IMG/VR virus record: IMGVR_UViG_3300022752_000024
Location: 32,001-96,000 of that record
From: a virus
Direction: 5' to 3' (one strand)
DNA: 64,000 bases
The notes below the pieces were generated by a model. It had not been told where the DNA came from. It saw nothing but the letters and a program-made list of their open reading frames with translations, and ran no database searches. The position numbers and the translations under genes were made by a program. Each line of letters begins with the position of its first letter. The first letter of the stretch is position 1. Shown here piece after piece: positions 50,045 through 58,688 of the stretch.

Positions 50045-51016
50045 TTATTGTGGAGCACCTGTACTTCCACCTTGTGCATCCGGGTGTGTATGATTATCTA
50101 AGCTGATTCCGCCAGAAACTACATCTCCAGTAGCGGTTATTTTTCCGTTAACGCTCACATCACCAGTTACATTTACGTCACCAGTTAAGTTGAAAGAACT
50201 GGCAACTGCGGTAACTTTGCTTGCTTTTAAATTAACGTTGCCTGATACTGTAATGCTACACGTACCTTGAATATCTATAAAATCGTCACCTACAATAATC
50301 TCGTAATTCTTACCTAAAACTTTAGTAACTTTGCTACCATCTGGACGCATTTCAATATAAGTACCTGTTCTGTGTGCAAGATTTACTCGTTCCGAATCAG
50401 GAGTATCGTCAAACTCGATTACATGACCCGACTCCGTTTCTTTTACATCATTATATGGAGGTACTGCATTATATGGTGAAGCGGGTTCGCTCCAAGATAC
50501 TCCATCAGCAGTTGGAACATCTTTTGTTAATGATGCATTTCTACGACCAATAATGGTAGAACCAATGCCTTCATTTCTATATAATCTACTTGTTGTAGGT
50601 TCTCCGACATACCTAGGATATCGAGTTGCCAAACCGCCAAATGGTTTAGGAGCTGCTGTTAATTCTGCACTTGATCTTGGATCAGAGAAACCTTTTTGTG
50701 GATTATTTACGTATGGAGTAGGTATCCCAGGTAAAACACCAAAATATATAGGTACTTGACCTGAAGTACCATCGTAAAAGAAACCAATAACCCAATCACC
50801 TTCGACTGGTGTTGTGAATGTTTTTGAATTGTTGACAGGCAATACTGGTTGCGCCCACGGTAAATCAGCAGTAGGAATTAATGTTTTATTTTCTGTGTGC
50901 CAACCAAATATTCGTATTTGACACCGACCTACATTTAACGGATCTTTTCTGTTTTCAACGACACCCGTCCACCAGATGAATCCATTTAATCCTGCAAATA
51001 TGGTATTCTCATTCAT
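50045..51016 (-). CDS. gp5: Baseplate central spike (OB-fold plus beta-helix, HxH tip, no lysozyme domain)
   Basis: WWTGVVENRKDPLNVGRCQIRIFGWH, LPWA, ETESGHVIEFDDTP...HRTGT; ends NHTHP. Confidence 0.92.
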   Translation of the reverse strand: MNENTIFAGLNGFIWWTGVVENRKDPLNVGRCQIRIFGWHTENKTLIPTADLPWAQPVLPVNNSKTFTTPVEGDWVIGFFYDGTSGQVPIYFGVLPGIPTPYVNNPQKGFSDPRSSAELTAAPKPFGGLATRYPRYVGEPTTSRLYRNEGIGSTIIGRRNASLTKDVPTADGVSWSEPASPYNAVPPYNDVKETESGHVIEFDDTPDSERVNLAHRTGTYIEMRPDGSKVTKVLGKNYEIIVGDDFIDIQGTCSITVSGNVNLKASKVTAVASSFNLTGDVNVTGDVSVNGKITATGDVVSGGISLDNHTHPDAQGGSTGAPQ

Positions 51017-52452
51017 TATTTCTTCACTCCTGATACCGTAGCTTTATATATTGGCTTAGAGTTGTCCACATTAGAATAATTATTTGGTAAGCTATCTTTA
51101 ACTACTTCAACGACAGTATTATACGCACCAGTTTGAATGATATGACGAACCGCAGTAATTAAATATTTTCCAGAATAATATTTATCGGTTGTTTTTGGAT
51201 CTTTCTCTGAAGCAGGATCCTGTGATAACATTTTAAAATCTATTGTCATTCCAATAGTTAAGTTAGGATCTCCAGCAACATATAATTTCATTCGAGTATA
51301 GTTCGTTAATGCTAATTGAGATTTTCTTTGAGAAAATGTTGTCTCGACAAAAGAATCTTTAGTTACAGAATCTGGTTTATTTTTAATATAGTCAACTTTC
51401 GATTGATTTTTATTTGTTGATGTTAATTTAAAACAACCTTCAGGAGTCTCGTATAGAGTTTTCCCAAATCGATTCTGTAGATTGTTAACAACAGGATTTG
51501 AATTTAATGTTTTTGCTTTGAGGTGGTAATCCATATAATTAAAATCTGTTACTTCGTATCTATGAAGCAATGGATCAATAGTCAGCAAACGATTTGCAAA
51601 CATACCAGAAGATATACCATCTAATATATTAAATGAATCAATTAATTCGTATGCTAAAACATTAAAAACTTCTGTAGAACCTAAGTCACCATAATCCTCA
51701 GATTTTATATTTTTAGGACGATAATGATACGTCTGATATGGAGTTCTTTTGAATAATGTTTGTAATGAAGAAAAATTGTATCCTTCAGCATTTTCGAAAA
51801 ACAACATATCTGCACCAACATTTCCTTGTATTCCAGACTGAGAATAAAGTGTTAACCAATTTATTGCTTCGAATGGTTTAAAGTTTGGAACAATTATACT
51901 GTAGATTCCTTTAGTTTGTTCTATATTTCTCTGATTGTATTTGTGTTCTGGTGCTTTTATATAAACATTTAATATATCTTTAATGATATCTGAAATTTGT
52001 TTATTTGGATAAGATTTACTGATTCGATATTGTTCAGAGAGAACGAGTTCGTCAGAACAAAAATATATTGCATAAGATTCAGAATCAAATCCAGATGACT
52101 TTTGTCTTGGGGATATTTTATATACTCTGAATAGTTTATCTATTCTAATATTAGGATTATTATCTTTACCAAAAGCCAATCTTATATATTCATTTCCATG
52201 TAAACCAAGCTTCTCGATATAACCTTGTGCATCAGAAATCATTACTTGACCAGATACTGAATTATTATAAATGTCCTCAAAGTAAGATAATTCTACCATG
52301 CTAGGTTTTAAGTCTAGTGTGATAAATTGACCGGATAGAAGATTAATCGATATAAGGTTATAGTCTTTAGAGTAAACAATACCTTTTGTTTTATCTCCTA
52401 CGGTAGGATTACTTGTCTGTGCTTGTGTTGGACTAACTAAATTAATTGCCAT
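51016..52452 (-). CDS. Baseplate hub protein (gp27-like)
   Basis: FEDIYNNSVSG, PNFKPFEAINWL, FFEN, YSGKYLITAVRH; sits between gp53 and gp5. Confidence 0.7.
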   Translation of the reverse strand: MAINLVSPTQAQTSNPTVGDKTKGIVYSKDYNLISINLLSGQFITLDLKPSMVELSYFEDIYNNSVSGQVMISDAQGYIEKLGLHGNEYIRLAFGKDNNPNIRIDKLFRVYKISPRQKSSGFDSESYAIYFCSDELVLSEQYRISKSYPNKQISDIIKDILNVYIKAPEHKYNQRNIEQTKGIYSIIVPNFKPFEAINWLTLYSQSGIQGNVGADMLFFENAEGYNFSSLQTLFKRTPYQTYHYRPKNIKSEDYGDLGSTEVFNVLAYELIDSFNILDGISSGMFANRLLTIDPLLHRYEVTDFNYMDYHLKAKTLNSNPVVNNLQNRFGKTLYETPEGCFKLTSTNKNQSKVDYIKNKPDSVTKDSFVETTFSQRKSQLALTNYTRMKLYVAGDPNLTIGMTIDFKMLSQDPASEKDPKTTDKYYSGKYLITAVRHIIQTGAYNTVVEVVKDSLPNNYSNVDNSKPIYKATVSGVKK

Positions 52453-52453
52453 A

Positions 52454-53089
52454 TTATGTCATTAATAGTGATTTCAATTTATCTTCCATGTCATCAGCAT
52501 AGTTTTCATTGATAATTTTTGTCTCTCTTTTCATTTCATTGGTTTCTAATTCATAATCATATATGGTTTTTGTTTGACGAGATTGAGTAACTCTAGTATA
52601 GCTGCCTGAAGGAAAATATTTTGTGGTTATTAAATTTACAGGTAAGTTTGCATAGGTTTCTTGATCTACAATAAAAACATTTGTTGTGGTAATATTGGAT
52701 TGAGAATCATATGTCAATACAAGTTTTTCATATAGTTTTATTGTGGATTGAGTATATGCAATAACAGTTTGACTGTTGGCGTTTGCCGCTGCTTTATATT
52801 TGTCGTTAAGAAACGATTGAAAATTTCTTTGAGATAAAGGTAAATCCCATTGCGGATCAATAATATTGTTTCCATATAAAAATATCCAATAACGATATGG
52901 GTTATTGTAATATTTTGTTGCTATGATCTCTGGCGTGTCTCCATCTTGCACGGCATAGGTATAATATAATGAAGGATTGTTCACTAAATTTGGAACAATA
53001 TTAACTCTAGCCAATAAATTAGTTGCTAAAGTTGCTGTGCCTAAACCATCTGAATTAATTAATTTCGGAAAATTAGAAAAATATTTCAT
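52454..53089 (-). CDS. gp53: Baseplate wedge subunit (LysM-like)
   Basis: YFSNFP, YAVQDGDTPEIIATKYY...YWI, YDYELETNEMKR. Confidence 0.92.
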   Translation of the reverse strand: MKYFSNFPKLINSDGLGTATLATNLLARVNIVPNLVNNPSLYYTYAVQDGDTPEIIATKYYNNPYRYWIFLYGNNIIDPQWDLPLSQRNFQSFLNDKYKAAANANSQTVIAYTQSTIKLYEKLVLTYDSQSNITTTNVFIVDQETYANLPVNLITTKYFPSGSYTRVTQSRQTKTIYDYELETNEMKRETKIINENYADDMEDKLKSLLMT

Positions 53090-54291
53090 TATCTAACCTC
53101 TCCTTTTTCCATTCGTGTTCTGTCGAGAATTTCGATTTCTTTAAATGACAAGTTTAATCTAGTTTGTACAGGTGCGCCACCAGAATATGCTGCCCAACCA
53201 TTTGGAGCATAATCAACAGAAACATCTTCTAAAACACAATCTCCTACCTTATATAGTCTATCATTTTCATTTCCAGTTGATACTCCACCATTACCAGTAA
53301 TTGCGTTTCCCAAAGGAACATTAGGAATAATACTATTGCCTGCTTTCTGTAGCATATTTGTTAGTCCAGAAATTCCTCCAGACTTTGCCATTAAAAAATT
53401 CATATTAAAAATAGAAGGAGGAGTAAAATACATACCACCTTTACCTTGAACTCTAGGAGAAGATGCGTATATGAACGTATTGACTATTGCAGAAACTTGA
53501 TCTGATTCTTCTTTTGATTTTGGAGTAAACAGAAACTCCATGGTAAAAGTTCTAAACCCTACACCTTTATATATTAGTTGCAACTGAGGATTAATCGCCT
53601 TACCTAAAGCTTTTAATCCTAAATCTGTAAGGTTGGTATTAAACTGTCTGTCTGCTAGTCTCAATGCTGCTTCTGGTCCATATTCTTCTAAATTCTTAAT
53701 GACTGCGTTTTTGATATCAGCTCCACTTCCTCCACCAGCATTTAAATCTTCGATTATCGATCCTATCGCTCCAGCCGCTCTATTCATGCCATTAGTTGCC
53801 TCTATTAGAGTCAAGTCACTATATTCTGCATGATAATTCATAGCTAAAGTATCTGGCATATACAACGAAACAACAGTCTTTGTTTCTTTTTTGTTTGGTT
53901 TCAAATGAGCATTTAAGTTTGTCGCTAAGTCTGCGGCTTTTACTGTAGCTGATTTTAACTGGCTCGCACCTTTAGCTATTTGTGCTTTTGCGGCTTCTCT
54001 TGCTTTCTCGTCTAATGATACAAAATTCGCAGCACCAGCAGCAGCATTGTAAGTACCTGAAACAGAATCACTTACCGCATCATATAATTTTGTTTCTTCG
54101 AATTGTGTTGGAAGAATTTCAGAAATAGTGAATTGCACAATATGCATTTTTGAAGGATCATTACCTAAATCTGATGGATATTGGTACTTGTTTAGACCTG
54201 TTTTTGTCCCAAATAGCTTATCTAATGGTCCTTTAATGACTCCAGTCAAACTGCCTGTAGAGATCCCGCCTATTTGATTGATAATAGCCAT
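53089..54291 (-). CDS. gp48: Baseplate tail tube cap
   Basis: YPSDL, LYMP, INPQLQLIYKGVGFRTF, PKSKEES, CVLEDVSVDYAPNG, LSFKEIEI. Confidence 0.9.
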   Translation of the reverse strand: MAIINQIGGISTGSLTGVIKGPLDKLFGTKTGLNKYQYPSDLGNDPSKMHIVQFTISEILPTQFEETKLYDAVSDSVSGTYNAAAGAANFVSLDEKAREAAKAQIAKGASQLKSATVKAADLATNLNAHLKPNKKETKTVVSLYMPDTLAMNYHAEYSDLTLIEATNGMNRAAGAIGSIIEDLNAGGGSGADIKNAVIKNLEEYGPEAALRLADRQFNTNLTDLGLKALGKAINPQLQLIYKGVGFRTFTMEFLFTPKSKEESDQVSAIVNTFIYASSPRVQGKGGMYFTPPSIFNMNFLMAKSGGISGLTNMLQKAGNSIIPNVPLGNAITGNGGVSTGNENDRLYKVGDCVLEDVSVDYAPNGWAAYSGGAPVQTRLNLSFKEIEILDRTRMEKGEVR

Positions 54292-54327
54292 GAGTTGAAT
54301 ATATAATACAATTAACGTTAATGATTA

Positions 54328-54335
54328 TATTTATA
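54328..54335 (-). promoter_or_regulatory. Late promoter TATAAATA for the gp48-gp53-gp5 operon
   Basis: Exact consensus in the divergent gp48/gp4 gap. Confidence 0.8.
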
Positions 54336-54754
54336 TGGCATACTCTGGACGATTTAAACCTTCAAACCCACAAAAGTATATAGGTGACTATAATAATGTC
54401 ATTTACCGGTCATCATGGGAATGTAGAGTGATGAATTGGCTTGACAAAAATCCTGAAATATTACAATGGAGTTCTGAGGAACTTGTCATTCCATACAAGT
54501 CACCAGTTGACGGAAAATTTCATAGGTACTTTCCAGACTTTACAGTAAAGACAAAAAACAAAACACTGGTTATTGAAATTAAACCAGAAAGAGAAAAAAA
54601 AGAACCTAAACCTCGTAGTAGAATTACAAAACAATACATTCAAGAAGTTGCTACCTATGGAATCAATCAAGCAAAATGGAAAGCAGCAACGGAATATTGT
54701 CTTGATAGAGGTTGGGAGTTCAAAGTTTTAACAGAAAAAGACCTAGGAATATGA
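54335..54754 (+). CDS. gp4: Head completion nuclease (TnsA-like)
   Basis: YSGRFKPSNPQKY, YRSSWE, WSSEE, HRYFPDF, EIKP, NQAKW. Confidence 0.95.
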   Translation: MAYSGRFKPSNPQKYIGDYNNVIYRSSWECRVMNWLDKNPEILQWSSEELVIPYKSPVDGKFHRYFPDFTVKTKNKTLVIEIKPEREKKEPKPRSRITKQYIQEVATYGINQAKWKAATEYCLDRGWEFKVLTEKDLGI

Positions 54755-54762
54755 GATAAATA
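54755..54762 (+). promoter_or_regulatory. Late promoter (GATAAATA) 4 nt before gp2 ATG
   Basis: GATAAATA-GTAT-ATG, no Shine-Dalgarno. Confidence 0.65.
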
Positions 54763-54766
54763 GTAT

Positions 54767-55363
54767 ATGGCCTCTCAATTAACTAAAATCGCACAACAAA
54801 AATCCAATCTCGATCACGAAATATTATCGAGAGAGAGTATCAATTGGCTAAAACAAAAAATTAATACTATTCGTAACCCAATAGCAGTCGCAAGAGAAAT
54901 TACAAGAGAACAGCAAAGAAAACAAAGAACTGTACTAAGAGGTCATTTGTATTTCTATGCTTATGATCCAAAATATGCGGAGATTTTACCATATTACGAT
55001 ATCTTTCCTCTTACTCTGGTATTGGAAAAATATGGCGATGGATTTCTTGGATTAAATCTGCATTATTTACCAATACCATACCGTGCCGCATTTTTGGATA
55101 GATTGCTCGACTTTGCCAAATACGATGAAAATGAGGGTATAGAGAGGCTCAGAGTAACATATGACATTCTGAGAGCAACTAAGAATTTAAAGGCGTTTGA
55201 GCCCTGTCTGAAGCGTTATTTGTACGGTCAAATGAAAACTCCTCCACTAAAAGTAGAAAACCATGAGTGGGAGACAGCTTTATTTTTGCCAGTGGAAAGA
55301 TTTCAAAAAGCTAAAAAGTCTACGGTACATAAAGAATCGATAGAACAAATAAAGGAAATATAA
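54767..55363 (+). CDS. gp2: DNA end protector protein
   Basis: YDPKY...LPYYDIFPL, GFLGLNLHYLP, CLKRYL, LPVERF. Confidence 0.93.
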   Translation: MASQLTKIAQQKSNLDHEILSRESINWLKQKINTIRNPIAVAREITREQQRKQRTVLRGHLYFYAYDPKYAEILPYYDIFPLTLVLEKYGDGFLGLNLHYLPIPYRAAFLDRLLDFAKYDENEGIERLRVTYDILRATKNLKAFEPCLKRYLYGQMKTPPLKVENHEWETALFLPVERFQKAKKSTVHKESIEQIKEI

Positions 55364-56059
55364 ATGCCATCGTTAAACGAGTTCAAAGCCAGTTTTAAAA
55401 CTGATTTTGCCAGACCAGCTAGGTTTAATGTGGAAATTCCACTTCCACTAAAACTTGTGGCATATTTAAATACAGCAAGATTACTAACATTAAGATGCGA
55501 AAATGCTGAACTTCCAGGTAAAACTGTAGCCACAACAGATAGAAAAATTTATGGTCCTATCGAAAAGCAACCGTATCTAACTACTTTTAATGACTCTACA
55601 TTCACCTTCATTGTGAGTGACGACATGAAAGAGAAAAAGCTTTTTGATGCATGGATGGATTTAATTAATCCAAAAACCACATTTGACCTAAATTACAAAG
55701 GTGACTACATTACACCAATTACTGTGAATCAGTATGATGTAACAAATAAATTATCTTACTCAGTTACAATGATTGATGCATTTCCTGTTTCAGTAAACCA
55801 ATTGGACTTAGATTGGAGTAATGATAACACTCATCATAAACTATCGGTAACCTTTGCATATTATACTTGGGAAAATAATTCAATTCAAAGCTTTGCACAG
55901 GACCTCGTCAATGCTGGAATCTCAACTGGAGTTGATATTGCAACAGAAGCACTTTCGAAATTTAATTTTAAATCACCATTCAGTCCACTTACTTCTGACA
56001 CCGGAGGCGCCGTTTATGATATGAAAACTATCGCTAAAGGTTTTGAAGGAAAAAATTAA
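55364..56059 (+). CDS. gp54: Tail tube initiator (gp19 paralog, gp54-like)
   Basis: ARPARFNV, CENAELPG, FDAWMD, AFPVSVNQLDLDW, VTFAYYTW tube fold. Confidence 0.75.
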   Translation: MPSLNEFKASFKTDFARPARFNVEIPLPLKLVAYLNTARLLTLRCENAELPGKTVATTDRKIYGPIEKQPYLTTFNDSTFTFIVSDDMKEKKLFDAWMDLINPKTTFDLNYKGDYITPITVNQYDVTNKLSYSVTMIDAFPVSVNQLDLDWSNDNTHHKLSVTFAYYTWENNSIQSFAQDLVNAGISTGVDIATEALSKFNFKSPFSPLTSDTGGAVYDMKTIAKGFEGKN

Positions 56060-56076
56060 TATTATAGGAGATCATC

Positions 56077-56802
56077 ATGGGTTTGCCAAAAATAGATACA
56101 CCAATTTACGAACTTGATTTGCCGTTGTCTAAAAAACATATTCGTTTCAGACCTTTTCTAGTAAAAGAACAAAGAAACTTATTGATGGCTCTTGAAGCAG
56201 AAGATAATGACAGTATAGAGCAAAACATTAAACAAGTTTTGCATAATTGTACTTTGACTGAAGATATTGATATCGAAAAACTTCCTGTTACAGATGTTGA
56301 ATATTATTTTCTAAATCTTCGTGCCCGGTCAGTCGGAGAAGTTGCAGAAAACAAATATAGATGCAACAATGAGGTAGACGGAAAAGAATGCGGTAGCATA
56401 ATGGAAGTGAATGTGAATTTGCTGGACATCAAAGTAGATATGCCAGAAAATATTACAGATACCATTAAGTTGTCAAATAATATGACAGTTAAACTAAAGT
56501 ATCCTGAGTTTTCTATAGTTAAAGAAGCAAAAGATACTACGGATATTGGAGAGTTTGCAATTAAAATGATTGCAAGTAGTATTGAATATATTCACGATGG
56601 AGAACAATTCTATTATGCATCTGAAGTGGATCAGAATGAACTTGTTGAATTTATAGATTCTCTCAATCAACAACAGTTTGTAAAACTAGAAGAATTCTTC
56701 AACAATCTACCTAAGTTGCAAAAGACTGTAGATTTTACTTGTGGTAAATGCGAGTTCAATCACAAACTAGAACTTGAAGGACTCAACAATTTTTTCGTCT
56801 AA
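56077..56802 (+). CDS. gp26: Baseplate hub assembly protein / putative tail assembly chaperone
   Basis: LPKIDTPIYEL, RPFLVKE, LRARSVGE, CxxC pairs, ends LEGLNNFFV. Confidence 0.88.
   Translation: MGLPKIDTPIYELDLPLSKKHIRFRPFLVKEQRNLLMALEAEDNDSIEQNIKQVLHNCTLTEDIDIEKLPVTDVEYYFLNLRARSVGEVAENKYRCNNEVDGKECGSIMEVNVNLLDIKVDMPENITDTIKLSNNMTVKLKYPEFSIVKEAKDTTDIGEFAIKMIASSIEYIHDGEQFYYASEVDQNELVEFIDSLNQQQFVKLEEFFNNLPKLQKTVDFTCGKCEFNHKLELEGLNNFFV
56790..56796 (+). promoter_or_regulatory. Putative -1 programmed ribosomal frameshift site T_TTT_TTC
   Basis: Canonical X_XXY_YYZ heptamer in the gp26 frame, one codon before the stop; the -1 frame is the gp51 frame. Confidence 0.65.
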
Positions 56803-56819
56803 CCTTTCGTCATGATTCA

Positions 56820-56993
56820 TTGCAGAATTATTATAGAACAAATTTTGCATTGATGCAGCATCACAAATATAGTCTTGCGGAACTTGAGAATATGCTACCG
56901 TGGGAGAGAGATATTTACGTGAATCTCTTAATTCAACACATTGAAGAAGAAAATGAAAAAATAAAACAAAGAAACGCAGAAAGAAGAAAGTAG
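56820..56993 (+). CDS. gp51: gp51-like baseplate hub assembly protein (probably the C-terminal part of a gp26 frameshift product)
   Basis: Not in ORF track. LQNYYRTNFALMQHHKYSLAELENMLPWERDIYVNLLIQHIEEENEKIKQRNAERRK*; frame open from the slippery site; no SD before TTG 56820 or ATG 56853. Confidence 0.85.
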   Translation: MQNYYRTNFALMQHHKYSLAELENMLPWERDIYVNLLIQHIEEENEKIKQRNAERRK

Positions 56994-58688
56994 ATGATAC
57001 CATTACTAGGTAATAAATCTAGACCAGAACCATCAGAAGAATTAACAAACAATGCAGGCGGATTGATGAGTAAATTCAATCCGTCTAATTTGGTTCGAGG
57101 TTTGGTTGGAGGTAAACGATCAGGTTCTTCTATGGGTGATATGATTGGAACAGATAGACAGAAATTAAAATCTGCCGTAAGTCCAAAAAACAAAGATCCA
57201 GAACTAACAACGGTTGGAGCATCCGATATCTCTCCTGTTCGTAAAGGTGATTCTGTTGCAAACGTGGCTGCAAAAGTATATAACCTAATTAACGGAAAAT
57301 ATGATGAAAGAAAAAAAGAAATTAAACTCGAAAATAAGCTGACACAAGAGTTAGCAATAAAAAAAGAAAAAAGACATACGGAACTTTTGAGAGCATTGAG
57401 CGAGAGACCTAAGCAAAAAGTAACTGAGGTAAAGGTACCCAAAAAAGAAGAACCCAAACCAACTCCTCAAGCAGCACCTAAACCTAGTGCTCCTCAAGCG
57501 GCTGCTCCTAAGCCAACAACACCACAAGCTGCTGCTCCTAAACCAGCATCACAGGCAGCAGCCCCAAAACCTGGTGCTCCTCAAGCGGCTGCTCCAAAAC
57601 CTACTACACCACAAGCACCTCAGGCAGCAGCACCTAAACCAACAACACCACAAGCGGCCGCTCCTAAACCAACAACACCACAAGCACCACAAGCGGCTGC
57701 TCCAAAACCTGCGGCACCTACGGCTGCACCTGCTGCTCCAGCAGTTCCTTCGGCTGCTCCTATTACACAGGCAGCACCTGCGGTATCTACCGCAACTCAA
57801 GTAGCCGTAGGTACAGCATTAGTAGCAGCATCGTCATATTCTTTTGCGGCAGGACCTCTTGCTGAAAATATTGTTGCTCATGAAAGTAAAGTTTCTTCTC
57901 CATTGCGTAGAGATGGAAAAAAAATTACAACTAAATGGAAAAATGATAGCGAATATAATGCATATAATAAAGGAACTAAAATTGCTGCCGATTTTGATGA
58001 AAAAGGAGAATCTGTAATTGATTTCTCTAAGATGACAATAGAAGAATATTTGCAGAGAGGTTCTATTAAAGATCCTAAAAATCCTAAAAAGATATTTGCT
58101 ATGGGTAGATATCAAATCATTCCAGACACAATGAAATTTTTGGTTAAGAATTTAAATATAGATCCAAAAACAACATATCTGACAAAAGAAACTCAAGATT
58201 ATCTTTTCATGGCTGGAATCATAGGAACAAAAAGAAAAAAAGTAAAAGCGTATATTGATGGAGATGCAAAAGTAACTAGAGATGAAGCCATATTGGAATT
58301 ATCACAAGAATTTGCCTCAATTGGTGTACCATATGATACGAAATATAAAGGAAAAGTAATAAAAAAAGGACAATCGTATTATGGTCAAAACACAAAATCT
58401 GGTTTTGCTTTAAATCCTCCAGAAGAAGTTGGTAAAGCTTTAGATGCCGAAAGAGAAAGACAAACGAAACTAAAACAAAAATCAACACCATCGAATGTGC
58501 CAGGTCAAGGAAAAAAATTAGGTGAAGCATCAACAGAAAATGCAGATTTAAAGAAAACAGCATCATCAGGACAATCCACAATAATCATGAATAATAACAC
58601 TACAGTAGCAGCAATGTCACCAACAAATCAAACTATGGTAGCACCAAAATCTGATGCATCGAAATTCGTACAAGGAGTTGGAGCATAA
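56994..58688 (+). CDS. Baseplate hub/tape-measure-associated protein with Pro/Ala linker and lysozyme-like domain
   Basis: IVAHES...YNAYN...MTIEE...AMGRYQIIPDT...TQD...LSQEFAS muramidase-like motif order. Confidence 0.7.
   Translation: MIPLLGNKSRPEPSEELTNNAGGLMSKFNPSNLVRGLVGGKRSGSSMGDMIGTDRQKLKSAVSPKNKDPELTTVGASDISPVRKGDSVANVAAKVYNLINGKYDERKKEIKLENKLTQELAIKKEKRHTELLRALSERPKQKVTEVKVPKKEEPKPTPQAAPKPSAPQAAAPKPTTPQAAAPKPASQAAAPKPGAPQAAAPKPTTPQAPQAAAPKPTTPQAAAPKPTTPQAPQAAAPKPAAPTAAPAAPAVPSAAPITQAAPAVSTATQVAVGTALVAASSYSFAAGPLAENIVAHESKVSSPLRRDGKKITTKWKNDSEYNAYNKGTKIAADFDEKGESVIDFSKMTIEEYLQRGSIKDPKNPKKIFAMGRYQIIPDTMKFLVKNLNIDPKTTYLTKETQDYLFMAGIIGTKRKKVKAYIDGDAKVTRDEAILELSQEFASIGVPYDTKYKGKVIKKGQSYYGQNTKSGFALNPPEEVGKALDAERERQTKLKQKSTPSNVPGQGKKLGEASTENADLKKTASSGQSTIIMNNNTTVAAMSPTNQTMVAPKSDASKFVQGVGA
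57455..57790 (+). repeat. Pro/Ala/Gln low-complexity repeats (PQAAAPKPTT)
   Basis: About 8 imperfect copies of AAPKP units. Confidence 0.85.
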
